Origin: Deltaproteobacteria bacterium
GTDB lineage: Bacteria > Desulfobacterota > Dissulfuribacteria > Dissulfuribacterales > QOAL01
NCBI GenBank assembly: GCA_027028245.1
Contig: JALVJO010000050.1
Span: 22,368 to 86,367 of the forward strand
Direction of reading: 5' to 3'
DNA: 64,000 nucleotides
The notes beneath the pieces were generated by a model, which was not told the origin of the DNA, ran no database searches, and was given only the letters and a program-made list of their open reading frames with translations. A program made the translations under genes and the position numbers. Each line of letters starts with the position of its first letter. The first letter of the stretch is position 1. Below are positions 1 through 8,957 of the stretch, piece by piece.

Positions 1-1562
1 ATCCCCTCCAGGCCCCCGGGCAGCAACCGGCCTCTCCCGACTACGGAGATTCCATTATCGTAGGCTCCATAGGAGATGCCTCCACCCTGATTCCAATGCT
101 CGCCTCTGATGCCACGTCCCATGAAATAGCAGGGCTCATATACAATGGGCTTGTAAAATACGACAAGGACCTGAACCTGACAGGGGATCTGGCAGAGTCC
201 TGGGATATTACCAACCGGGGAAAGACCATTACCTTCCACCTGAGGCGCGGGGTTAAATGGCAGGACGGTGCCCCCTTCACTTCTGCCGACGTGCTCTTCG
301 GCTTCAACACCATCATCGATCCCAAGACTCCTACTGCCTATGCAGGAGATTTTCTGGAGGTGGAAAAGGCTGAAGCACCGGATCCTTACACCTTCAGGGT
401 CACCTATAAGAAACCCTTTGCCCCGGCACTCAGTTCCTGGGGAGATATCGTGGTGCTTCCCAGACATCTGCTCCAGGGAAAGGATATCACCAAGAGCCCG
501 CTTTCCCGAAACCCAGTGGGGCTTGGCCCTTTTAGGCTGAAGCTCTGGAAGACCCAGGAACGTATAGAGCTCAGGGCCAATGACAGTTACTTTGAAGGAA
601 GACCCTATCTTGATGGCTATATCATGCGTGTCATCCCGGACCCTGCCACCATGTTCATGGAACTGAAGGCCGGGGGGCTTGACTGGATGGGGCTTTCCCC
701 TGTGCAGTACCAGAGACAGACCAACACAAGATTTTTCAGGAAAAACTTCAGGAAATACAAATATCTGTCATTTTCATATACATATCTGGGCTACAACCTG
801 AGACACCCCTTCTTCAGGGAAAGAAAGGTCCGCCAGGCAATATCCTATGCAATTGACAAGGAGGAGATCATAAGGGGCGTACTCCTTGGACTTGGGGTTG
901 CGGCTACCGGACCATACAAGCCAGACGCCTGGTTCTATAACCCCAACGTAAAGCGCTATCCTTACCATCCAGAGAAGGCGAGATCGCTCCTGAAAGAATG
1001 CGGGTGGAAAGATACAGACGGCGACGGGATCCTGGACAGAAACGGTACGCCCTTTGTCTTTACAGTTCTCACCAACCAGGGAAATCCCCTCAGGGACAAG
1101 ACTGCACAGATAATCCAGTACAGGCTGGGCCAGATAGGCATAAAGATGAATATCAGGCAGCTTGAATGGACGGCCTTTATCAACGATTTCATAGACAAGA
1201 GGCGCTTTGAGGCGGTCATACTGGGCTGGACCCTGGGCCAGGACCCTGATATCTATGATATCTGGCATTCATCCAAGACCGGTGCCAAACAGCTCAATTT
1301 CATAGGATACAAAAACCCGGAAGTTGACCGGCTGCTTGTCATGGGCAGAAGAATATTCGACAGGGAAAAGCGGAAGAAGATCTATTTCAGGATACAGGAG
1401 ATACTTGCAGAGGACCAGCCCTACACCTTCCTCTACGTGCCCATGTCCCTGCCCATAATACATGCCAGGTTTCACGGTATTAAGCCTGCACCTGCAGGCA
1501 TAAGCTACAATTTCATCAGGTGGTGGGTGCCAAAAGACGAGCAGAAATACATAACGAGATAA
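1..1562 (+). CDS. ABC transporter substrate-binding protein, peptide/nickel family 5 (OppA/DppA-like); 5' end cut by window edge
   Basis: Frame 3 is open from the window edge (..IIVGSIGDASTLIPMLASDATSHEIAGLIYNGLVKYD..), a typical family-5 SBP N-terminal region. Two permease genes follow 1-2 nt apart. Confidence 0.85.
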   Translation, partial: PLQAPGQQPASPDYGDSIIVGSIGDASTLIPMLASDATSHEIAGLIYNGLVKYDKDLNLTGDLAESWDITNRGKTITFHLRRGVKWQDGAPFTSADVLFGFNTIIDPKTPTAYAGDFLEVEKAEAPDPYTFRVTYKKPFAPALSSWGDIVVLPRHLLQGKDITKSPLSRNPVGLGPFRLKLWKTQERIELRANDSYFEGRPYLDGYIMRVIPDPATMFMELKAGGLDWMGLSPVQYQRQTNTRFFRKNFRKYKYLSFSYTYLGYNLRHPFFRERKVRQAISYAIDKEEIIRGVLLGLGVAATGPYKPDAWFYNPNVKRYPYHPEKARSLLKECGWKDTDGDGILDRNGTPFVFTVLTNQGNPLRDKTAQIIQYRLGQIGIKMNIRQLEWTAFINDFIDKRRFEAVILGWTLGQDPDIYDIWHSSKTGAKQLNFIGYKNPEVDRLLVMGRRIFDREKRKKIYFRIQEILAEDQPYTFLYVPMSLPIIHARFHGIKPAPAGISYNFIRWWVPKDEQKYITR

Positions 1563-1563
1563 A

Positions 1564-2562
1564 ATGAACTTTCTCATCTGGACAGCCAAAAGACTCCTGG
1601 CCCTGGTGCTCACATTCATAGGGATAACGCTTATCTCTTTTTTCGTAATGCATCTTGCCCCGGGAGAGCCCATGAGCCTCCAGGCGGATTTCAACCCCAA
1701 GATGACGCCTGAGATGAGACAAAGACTCAGGGCCCAGTACGGCCTGGACAAGCCCCTCTATGTCCAGTATGCAAAGTGGTTCAAGGGCCTGGTGCAGCTG
1801 GACCTTGGAAGATCCTTCTCCCCTGACAGGAGAAAGGTCTGGGATAAGATCAGGGAAAGGCTGCCCATAACCGTATTGATAAACGTGCTTTCCATGATAC
1901 TCATCATTGTGGTATCCGTCCCCCTGGGGGTGAGGGCTGCTGTCAGGCAAAACAGTCTCTTCGACCAGGTAACCACTGTCCTGGTCTTTCTGGCATATGC
2001 AGCACCTGCTTTCTGGGTGGCCCTTCTTCTCATGTTGTTTTTCGGCATAGAGCTTGGCTGGCTTCCGGTATCAGGAGTCCATACACTGATGGGCTACGAG
2101 CACATGAACACCTGGCAGAAAATCATGGACTGGGCAAGGCACCTGGTGCTTCCGGTTTTTGTATCTGCCATTGGGGGGCTTGCTGGCTTTTCACGCTATA
2201 CCAGGTCTTCCATGCTGGAGGTCCTCAGACAGGACTTCATCACCACTGCCAGGGCAAAGGGACTTCCGGAACGAACTGTCATCTACAGACATGCGCTCAG
2301 AAATGCCTTGCTGCCCCTTATAACCATACTTGGACTTTCGGTTCCAGGCCTGATAGGGGGAAGCGTCATATTCGAATCCATCTTTGCCATACCTGGGGTC
2401 GGCCAGCTCATGTGGTCCAGCGTCATGGCCAGGGATTACCCTGTCCTCATGGGAAACCTCGTGATAGTTTCGGTTCTCACCCTCCTGGGCAACCTTCTGG
2501 CTGACGTGGGGTACGCTGCAGTGGATCCCAGGATCCGTACCGGCCTCCAGGAGACGGAATAA
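1564..2562 (+). CDS. ABC peptide transporter permease (DppB/OppB-like)
   Basis: 332 aa, multi-TM. Conserved permease loop ..ITTARAKGLPERTVIYRHALRNALLPLIT... Starts 2 nt after the SBP stop. Confidence 0.85.
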   Translation: MNFLIWTAKRLLALVLTFIGITLISFFVMHLAPGEPMSLQADFNPKMTPEMRQRLRAQYGLDKPLYVQYAKWFKGLVQLDLGRSFSPDRRKVWDKIRERLPITVLINVLSMILIIVVSVPLGVRAAVRQNSLFDQVTTVLVFLAYAAPAFWVALLLMLFFGIELGWLPVSGVHTLMGYEHMNTWQKIMDWARHLVLPVFVSAIGGLAGFSRYTRSSMLEVLRQDFITTARAKGLPERTVIYRHALRNALLPLITILGLSVPGLIGGSVIFESIFAIPGVGQLMWSSVMARDYPVLMGNLVIVSVLTLLGNLLADVGYAAVDPRIRTGLQETE

Positions 2563-2563
2563 C

Positions 2564-3430
2564 ATGGAAGCCGCTGTCACCATACAAAGATCCCGCAGCA
2601 GGACAGGAGCCTTTTTTTCCGTGCTTTTCTCAAACCCTCTGGCCCTTTCCGGATCGGTCATTGTGATCATCCTGTTTGCAGCGGCCCTTCTGGCACCGGT
2701 CATTTCTCCCTATGATCCCCAGGCCATTGACACCTTTCACATACTGGAGGCCCCCTCCATGCAGCACTGGCTTGGGACCGACTCACTGGGCAGGGATTGT
2801 CTTTCCAGGCTCATTTACGGCTCCCGCATATCCCTTCTGGTAGGTTTTGTGGCAGTAGGCATAGCCACTGCAGTGGGCACGGTGCTGGGGGCACTGGCGG
2901 GCTTTTACGGCAGATGGGTGGACACTTTGGTCATGCGCTTTGTGGATATAATGCTCTGTTTTCCATCCATATTTCTCATCATGGCCGTCATTGCCTTCCT
3001 GGAACCCTCAATATGGAACATCATGGTGGTCATAGGGCTTACCGGGTGGATGGGAGTGGCCAGGCTGGTACGGGCAGAATTTCTGAGCCTGAGAAAGAGG
3101 GATTTTGTCCTGGCCGCGAGGATCTCAGGGGCCTCCAACATGATGATAGTATTCAGCGAGATACTTCCAAATGCCGTGGCCCCCATAATTGTATCTGCAA
3201 CCCTGGGGGTCGGGGGTGCGATTCTTACAGAAAGCGCCCTTAGCTTTCTCGGCATAGGGGTCCAGCCGCCAACACCAAGCTGGGGCAACATGCTTACAGA
3301 GGGCAAGGACAACCTGGAGATAGCCTGGTGGCTGTCGGTTTACCCGGGCCTTGCCATCCTAATAACAGTCCTTGGATACAACCTCCTCGGAGAAGGCCTG
3401 AGGGACGCACTGGATCCCAGAAAAAAATGA
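2564..3430 (+). CDS. ABC peptide transporter permease (DppC/OppC-like)
   Basis: 288 aa, multi-TM, ..DFVLAARISGASNMMIVFSEILPNAVAPIIV... Starts 2 nt after the previous stop. Confidence 0.85.
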   Translation: MEAAVTIQRSRSRTGAFFSVLFSNPLALSGSVIVIILFAAALLAPVISPYDPQAIDTFHILEAPSMQHWLGTDSLGRDCLSRLIYGSRISLLVGFVAVGIATAVGTVLGALAGFYGRWVDTLVMRFVDIMLCFPSIFLIMAVIAFLEPSIWNIMVVIGLTGWMGVARLVRAEFLSLRKRDFVLAARISGASNMMIVFSEILPNAVAPIIVSATLGVGGAILTESALSFLGIGVQPPTPSWGNMLTEGKDNLEIAWWLSVYPGLAILITVLGYNLLGEGLRDALDPRKK

Positions 3431-5784
3431 ATAAAAAGACAGCTATAAAGACCCGGCAGGCTGAATCTACCCCGGAAATAAGCCTCAGGGCATCGGTGGA
3501 AAGGGTAACCTATTCGGATCCTGAATCCGGTTTTGCCATCCTGAGGGTCAAACCCAAAAGAGGGGCATGTTTTACTGTCAAGGGCCATATCTGCGAGCTG
3601 GCATCAAATGCAGGGCTTACAGGAGCAGAATTTGAATTCAGGGGCTCGTGGCAGATGACAAAGTACGGACGCCAGTTCGACTTCAATTCCTACAGGCTTC
3701 TTGGCAGCGAGCTTCACTTTTTCCTGAGCAAGGTGGTAAAGGGGCTTGGTGAAAAGATGGCCAGGCACCTCATAGAGGAATTCGGAGAAGACAAACTGGT
3801 CTGGATCCTCGACAATGAGCCGGAAAGACTCCTCAAGGTCAAGGGCATAAAGGAAAAACGGCTTTCTGTAATAAAGCGCTCGTGGCACAAGCATCGCAGC
3901 CTCAAATCCCTGGCAAGCTATCTTGGAGGACACGGGCACATAACCCCCAATCTCCTGGTCAGGATATACAATCACTTCGGGGATGAGGCCCTTGAAATCG
4001 TAAGGGAAAACCCGTACAGGCTGACGGAAGTCCGGGGCATCGGCTTCAAAACGGCAGACAGGATAGCGCTCTGCGTGGGTGTCCCCGCTGATTCACCCTG
4101 GAGAATAAAGGCGGGGATCAACCATGTCTTGGTGGATGCAGCCGAATCCCAGGGGCACTGTTACCTCATGCAGCCTGATCTTGAGAGCACTGTCCAGGAA
4201 CTGCTGTCCTCGGATGAAACCCGGGTAAGTGAATCACGTATAGAGGGTGTCCTCAACAAGATGATACTGGAAGGCCTGCTGGTTCGCGGTGAGAACGGGG
4301 AAATCGGCCTTTCTTCCTACCGGTACATGGAAGACAGGCTCAGGCAATTTTTCCTGGAGCGCTCCGTGGATGGACGCAGGAAGACCATCAGCCCTGAAGA
4401 GGTAGAAAGTTTCATAACAGGCTATGAAACCAGAAACGGGGTGGAATTTGCCCCTGAACAGCAGGCAATAATCCGAAAGATTGCCACGGAGCCCAGACAA
4501 ATATTTGCCCTTGCCGGCTATGCCGGCACAGGGAAGACCACTGTATGCCGTGCCATACTGGATCTTCTCAGCCAGTATTATGCCTCCAGAGACGACATAA
4601 TATGCTGCGCCTTCACCGGCATGGCTGCATCCCGCCTGAGAAAGACCACGGGCTACGAGGCAGTGACCATACATTCCCTGCTGAAGTACAAGGGGGAAAA
4701 CCAGTTTGAGCACGGCCCTGAAAATCCGCTTCCCTACAGGGTCATCGTGCTGGATGAAGCGTCTATGGTGAATCTTTCACTGTTCTATCGGCTTGCAATG
4801 GCTGTCAAGCCCTCAGCCCTCATGATCCTCGTGGGAGATCCTGCCCAGCTGCCCCCTATAGGTGCTGGAAACGTATTTTCAGATGCCCTCAATTCAGATC
4901 TTATGCCCTCGGTGCACCTGACAAGGATATTCAGACAAAGTGATGACAGCGTGCTTGCCCTTTTTGCCAATGAAATAAGGCAGGGGAGGGTGCCTGAAGG
5001 AGTGGCCCTGGAACATTGGAATGATTTTCTCTTCGAGAAAGTGGAGATCCACAACATCTTTTTGCTGAAGCGTCAACACAAGACAGAGAAAGAACTTAAA
5101 AGATTCCGGGAAGAAAACAATCAGGCCATACTGGAGCGCATCCTTGAACTTGCGGCCTATTATTCAAAGAGGCTTACCCATCCATCCTGGGATTTCCAGG
5201 TGCTCACCCCCATGCGCATAGGCCAGCTTGGTACCGAGATACTGAACAGCAGGCTCCAGGACATCCTGAACCCGTCGGAAAAATCCAGGACCGTAACAAG
5301 GGCAGGCATCCGCTTGAAGGAAGGCGACAAGGTGGTTCATCTTCAGAACAAGGATATGGAGGTCATGGCATGGGAGGCCTTCATAAAGGAGGGGAAGCAG
5401 TTCACAAGGCAGGAATACAGACGGATCTTCAACGGCAATGTGGGCCTTGTCAGCAGGATAGACCTGGAGGCCGAGCAATTCTTTGTTGTCTACCCGGAAA
5501 GGATAGTTGTAGCATACGATTTTGACCACCTGGGAGACATAATAGAACTGGCCTATGCCCTCACGGTACACAAGGCCCAGGGCAGCCAGTACCGGATAGT
5601 GGTCATTCCCCTTTCAAATTCTCATTTCATCATGCTGAACAACAAATGGTTCTACACCGCCATTACAAGGGCTGAAGAAAAGGTCTATCTTATAGGACAG
5701 AAGTTCGCCCTGAAACGGGCATGCACCAACGTTGACGGGGTGGAGCGTCTTACCTGGCTCGGCAGGAAAAAAAATAACCCCTAA
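3427..5784 (+). CDS. SF1 ATP-dependent RecD2/RecD-like DNA helicase
   Basis: Walker A GYAGTGKTT, motif II VIVLDEASMV, VGDPAQLPPIGAG, and C-terminal AYALTVHKAQGSQY. The ATG at 3427 overlaps the permease stop (ATGA). The ORF-track start at 3328 lies inside the permease gene. Confidence 0.8.
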   Translation: MNKKTAIKTRQAESTPEISLRASVERVTYSDPESGFAILRVKPKRGACFTVKGHICELASNAGLTGAEFEFRGSWQMTKYGRQFDFNSYRLLGSELHFFLSKVVKGLGEKMARHLIEEFGEDKLVWILDNEPERLLKVKGIKEKRLSVIKRSWHKHRSLKSLASYLGGHGHITPNLLVRIYNHFGDEALEIVRENPYRLTEVRGIGFKTADRIALCVGVPADSPWRIKAGINHVLVDAAESQGHCYLMQPDLESTVQELLSSDETRVSESRIEGVLNKMILEGLLVRGENGEIGLSSYRYMEDRLRQFFLERSVDGRRKTISPEEVESFITGYETRNGVEFAPEQQAIIRKIATEPRQIFALAGYAGTGKTTVCRAILDLLSQYYASRDDIICCAFTGMAASRLRKTTGYEAVTIHSLLKYKGENQFEHGPENPLPYRVIVLDEASMVNLSLFYRLAMAVKPSALMILVGDPAQLPPIGAGNVFSDALNSDLMPSVHLTRIFRQSDDSVLALFANEIRQGRVPEGVALEHWNDFLFEKVEIHNIFLLKRQHKTEKELKRFREENNQAILERILELAAYYSKRLTHPSWDFQVLTPMRIGQLGTEILNSRLQDILNPSEKSRTVTRAGIRLKEGDKVVHLQNKDMEVMAWEAFIKEGKQFTRQEYRRIFNGNVGLVSRIDLEAEQFFVVYPERIVVAYDFDHLGDIIELAYALTVHKAQGSQYRIVVIPLSNSHFIMLNNKWFYTAITRAEEKVYLIGQKFALKRACTNVDGVERLTWLGRKKNNP

Positions 5785-5873
5785 AACAAAAAAGATCGTT
5801 CAAAAACTCACAATTTTATGCTAACCTCATATAAAAGAATCCTAACAGCTTAAAAAAACTGCAACTCAGGCAG

Positions 5874-5902
5874 TTGACCTGCCGGTGGCAGGGTGTTAAA
5901 TA
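5874..5902 (+). promoter_or_regulatory. candidate sigma-70 promoter for the DAHP synthase gene
   Basis: TTGACC (5874-5879), 17-nt spacer, TAAATA (5897-5902), 57 nt upstream of the ATG at 5960. Confidence 0.35.
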
Positions 5903-5959
5903 GACAAGGTTGAATTTAGACTTTTTGTTGTTTAATGCCTTTTTTTAACAGAGAAAAAC

Positions 5960-7090
5960 ATGATACTGATTCTGAAGAAAGACGTAGACAAGGAAGGACA
6001 GGAACTCAAGAGAATCTATGAATTCCTTGAGAATTTTCCCGGTCTCAACATACGGATGGTGGAGCTCACGGGTGAAACCCGAACCGTCAGGGAAATTCAC
6101 CTCATAGGCCCCACCCACAACGTCCCGGAAGAGGTCCTTGGTGCCATGAGAGGCGTGGAAAAGGTGGTGAGGGTATCCACCAAATATCGCCAGATTGGGC
6201 GCCATGACGTGAATTTTGTCCCGGTTGGCTTCACCTACAACGGTATAAAATTCGACCAGGACGGGCTCCATATCTTTGCCGGCCCCTGTGCTGTGGACAC
6301 ACCTGAATACATTGAAAGGGTCTTCATGAACCTTAAGGAACTGGGTATTTCCACGGCCCGCATGGGTGCCTACAAACCAAGGACCAGTCCCTATGACTTC
6401 CAGGGCCATGGTGCCGCCTGTCTGCCCTGGGTCTTCGAACTGGCAGGCAAGTATGACATAAAGGTCATTGCCATGGAGGTCCTGAAGGAAATACACATAG
6501 AAGAAATCGTGAAGGCCCTGGAGGAGGCAGGTAATCCCACGGGGGTAATGCTACAGATCGGGACCAGGAATGCACAAAATTTTGAACTCTTGAAGGCCGT
6601 AGGGTCCCAGACGGAACTTCCGGTCCTTTACAAGAGGGGTATGGGGCTTACCATAGAAGAATCCCTGAACGCCTGTGAATACATTGCAAGCGAGGGAAAC
6701 AGAAACATCGTGTTCTGTCTCAGGGGCATCAAGACATCCATGAGCGCTCCCCACAGGAATATGGCCGATTTCATACATGTTCCGGTTATCCAGCGGCATA
6801 CAAGGCTTCCGGTGTGCGTGGACCCGAGCCACTCCATCGGCTCCAAGGACCGGGCACCAAACGGTCTCATGGACATCTTCAATGCCGCTGCCCAGGGAGT
6901 AATATCAGGTGCAAACATGATACTTGTAGAATGCCACCCGGAGCCGGAAAAGGCCCTGTGCGACGGTCACCAGTCTTTGACGCCCAGGGAGCTGGAACTC
7001 TTTGTCAAGGACATGGCAATAGTCAGGGAGGCCTTTGAAAAACGGGTAAACACCTATTCACAGGAAATGGTCAAGGAAATGAGCCGATAG
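5960..7090 (+). CDS. 3-deoxy-7-phosphoheptulonate (DAHP) synthase, type I-beta, with N-terminal ferredoxin-like regulatory domain
   Basis: Core motifs ..GPCAVDTPEYIERV.., ..ARMGAYKPRTSPYDFQGHG.., ..VDPSHSIG.., preceded by an ~85-aa extra domain as in Thermotoga-type DAH7PS. Confidence 0.85.
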   Translation: MILILKKDVDKEGQELKRIYEFLENFPGLNIRMVELTGETRTVREIHLIGPTHNVPEEVLGAMRGVEKVVRVSTKYRQIGRHDVNFVPVGFTYNGIKFDQDGLHIFAGPCAVDTPEYIERVFMNLKELGISTARMGAYKPRTSPYDFQGHGAACLPWVFELAGKYDIKVIAMEVLKEIHIEEIVKALEEAGNPTGVMLQIGTRNAQNFELLKAVGSQTELPVLYKRGMGLTIEESLNACEYIASEGNRNIVFCLRGIKTSMSAPHRNMADFIHVPVIQRHTRLPVCVDPSHSIGSKDRAPNGLMDIFNAAAQGVISGANMILVECHPEPEKALCDGHQSLTPRELELFVKDMAIVREAFEKRVNTYSQEMVKEMSR

Positions 7091-7230
7091 GCTTTTCATA
7101 ACTCAGGAGGGTTTTGGGAAACTCTAGTTTAATAGGAAATAAGCAGGGAGGTGATAAGGAAAAGACAAACTATTTACTAAAAATGAGGAGTTTTTAGATC
7201 AAACCTGATCATTTATCAAGGAGGGAAAAA

Positions 7231-8835
7231 ATGAAAAAGATCTTAGCTGTGTTTGCCGTTGCAGTTACTACACTGTTTACGGCAGCTATCGCGCTGGCCG
7301 GGCCCGGCACGGTAAATGTTCAGACACTGGGGGATATCACTGTCAGAATGGGTGCTCAGGTACGTCTGGTACCCACCCAGGAAATCAGCAGGGATTTCGG
7401 TGTTTCCAGCCAGCTGAGCAGGGAGCAGGAGCTAAAGGCAGTTGGCATCATGAGAAAACTTGGCGTATTAGGAAACAGCCTGAAGACGCATCTGAACGAG
7501 GCAGGCGGTGCCTTGAAAGACGGCTATATCCGCGGTGAAAACAGGCTGTTCTTCAACTTTGCACATGACCAGGACTGGGATGTGTATTTCGCACTTGAAT
7601 CTGACACCACCCTGGACAGGAAAGCAGTAGACCGCACTGACTTCGCCTATGGTCTTCAGTCCCAGCAGTTCGGTATTGAGAGACTGAATGCATCCTTCAA
7701 CCTGCCGTGGATCAGTTCCAGGTTCAACGGTGGCTGGGATGTCAAGGCCGCCGACGTGAAGTTCGGAGGCCTGGTCTACGGCGATGATGACCCGGGCCTC
7801 GGCATTACAGGTTGTGCCCAGGGCTTCAAATGGGAAGCATGGTACATCAAAAAGGACGAGTCAGAAGCAGGTTATGCCGGTGTTGACGAGGTTAAAAGCA
7901 AGGTCAATCCCATCGGTCCTCCTACCCAGCAGGCCCACTCTGACCGTACATTCTACATGGGTAAACTAGGCTACACCTTCATGCAGAATACCTACCTGGA
8001 AGGCGTATTCTTCTATGATCAGAATTACCAGCAGGGCAATCATGTTGATATCGACCGCTTCTTCGGCATACTGAATTACAAGGGCGACTACGGTATCTTC
8101 CACCCCATGGCAGAATTTGCCTATGTGGGCGGCACATTCGACAACGACCGGGAACTCGACTACGACATCAGCTCCTATGCATTCTACGGAGACCTCCTTG
8201 CCGACCTTCACGAAATGGTCGGCATCAAGAAGTTTGAGGTCCACGTAGGCGGTTACTGGCTGAGGGGTGATGATGATCCCGATGACGACGACCTGGAAGG
8301 CTTCACGCCGGGTGTTGGTATCACAAGGTTCACTCCCAGGTTTGGAAGCGAACAGTCCATCTCTCATGACGGCAATCCCATCTTCGGCCAAGTACTGTAT
8401 TCCATGTTCCCAGCATACTACGGAACAGTGCGTGGCGGCGGCATCAACGGCGGCGCTGCACTGGACAACCCCGGTTTCAGCATGATCGGCGGCGGCATCA
8501 ATGCCGGCTATGGAAACTGGACATATATCACCCATGTAATGGCCATGTGGTTCAACGAAGAAAAAGCTGTTGAGAATTACTACGAGACCATGGGTGTTAC
8601 AGGAAATGTGGATATCGACAGCTTCATGGGCGTTGAATGGAACAACGAGATCCGTTACAAGCTCTTCAAGCAGGTTACTATCAAGGGTGGAGCAGCATTT
8701 CTCTTCCCCGGAAGCGGTGCCAAGGACATCACCCAGGCAATCGACGCATACGGCCGCGGTGTAGACTTTGAAGAGGGCAAGGACAGCGACGATGTCTCCA
8801 TGCGTTTCGCAGCAGAATTCCTGTGGTTCTTCTAA
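7231..8835 (+). CDS. outer-membrane beta-barrel protein (putative porin), function unknown
   Basis: Signal peptide MKKILAVFAVAVTTLFTAAIALA, amphipathic beta-strand periodicity, aromatic C-terminus ..AEFLWFF, and an acidic loop GDDDPDDDDLEGF. Confidence 0.6.
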   Translation: MKKILAVFAVAVTTLFTAAIALAGPGTVNVQTLGDITVRMGAQVRLVPTQEISRDFGVSSQLSREQELKAVGIMRKLGVLGNSLKTHLNEAGGALKDGYIRGENRLFFNFAHDQDWDVYFALESDTTLDRKAVDRTDFAYGLQSQQFGIERLNASFNLPWISSRFNGGWDVKAADVKFGGLVYGDDDPGLGITGCAQGFKWEAWYIKKDESEAGYAGVDEVKSKVNPIGPPTQQAHSDRTFYMGKLGYTFMQNTYLEGVFFYDQNYQQGNHVDIDRFFGILNYKGDYGIFHPMAEFAYVGGTFDNDRELDYDISSYAFYGDLLADLHEMVGIKKFEVHVGGYWLRGDDDPDDDDLEGFTPGVGITRFTPRFGSEQSISHDGNPIFGQVLYSMFPAYYGTVRGGGINGGAALDNPGFSMIGGGINAGYGNWTYITHVMAMWFNEEKAVENYYETMGVTGNVDIDSFMGVEWNNEIRYKLFKQVTIKGGAAFLFPGSGAKDITQAIDAYGRGVDFEEGKDSDDVSMRFAAEFLWFF

Positions 8836-8870
8836 CAGCTCCTGCAGCTGAAACAGCTTGAAAAAATAAA

Positions 8871-8900
8871 AAGCCCGGGCAACGTCCCGGGCTTTTCTGT
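8871..8900 (+). terminator. rho-independent terminator after the OMP gene
   Basis: agcccggg-caacgt-cccgggct hairpin followed by tttctgtt. Confidence 0.6.
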
Positions 8901-8957
8901 TATAGACTCTGTGAAGACCAGCGGCTTGTTAAAAAACCTGATCACTCCTTATGCTAT

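Noticed and set aside
3328-3426. Upstream start codons offered by the ORF track for recD2 (3328), rplU (22888), mvhD (58422), skp (11626) and amt (12553).
   Set aside because: The extensions overlap upstream genes or promoters, are not family-like in sequence, and have downstream ATGs with good RBS or coupling overlaps.
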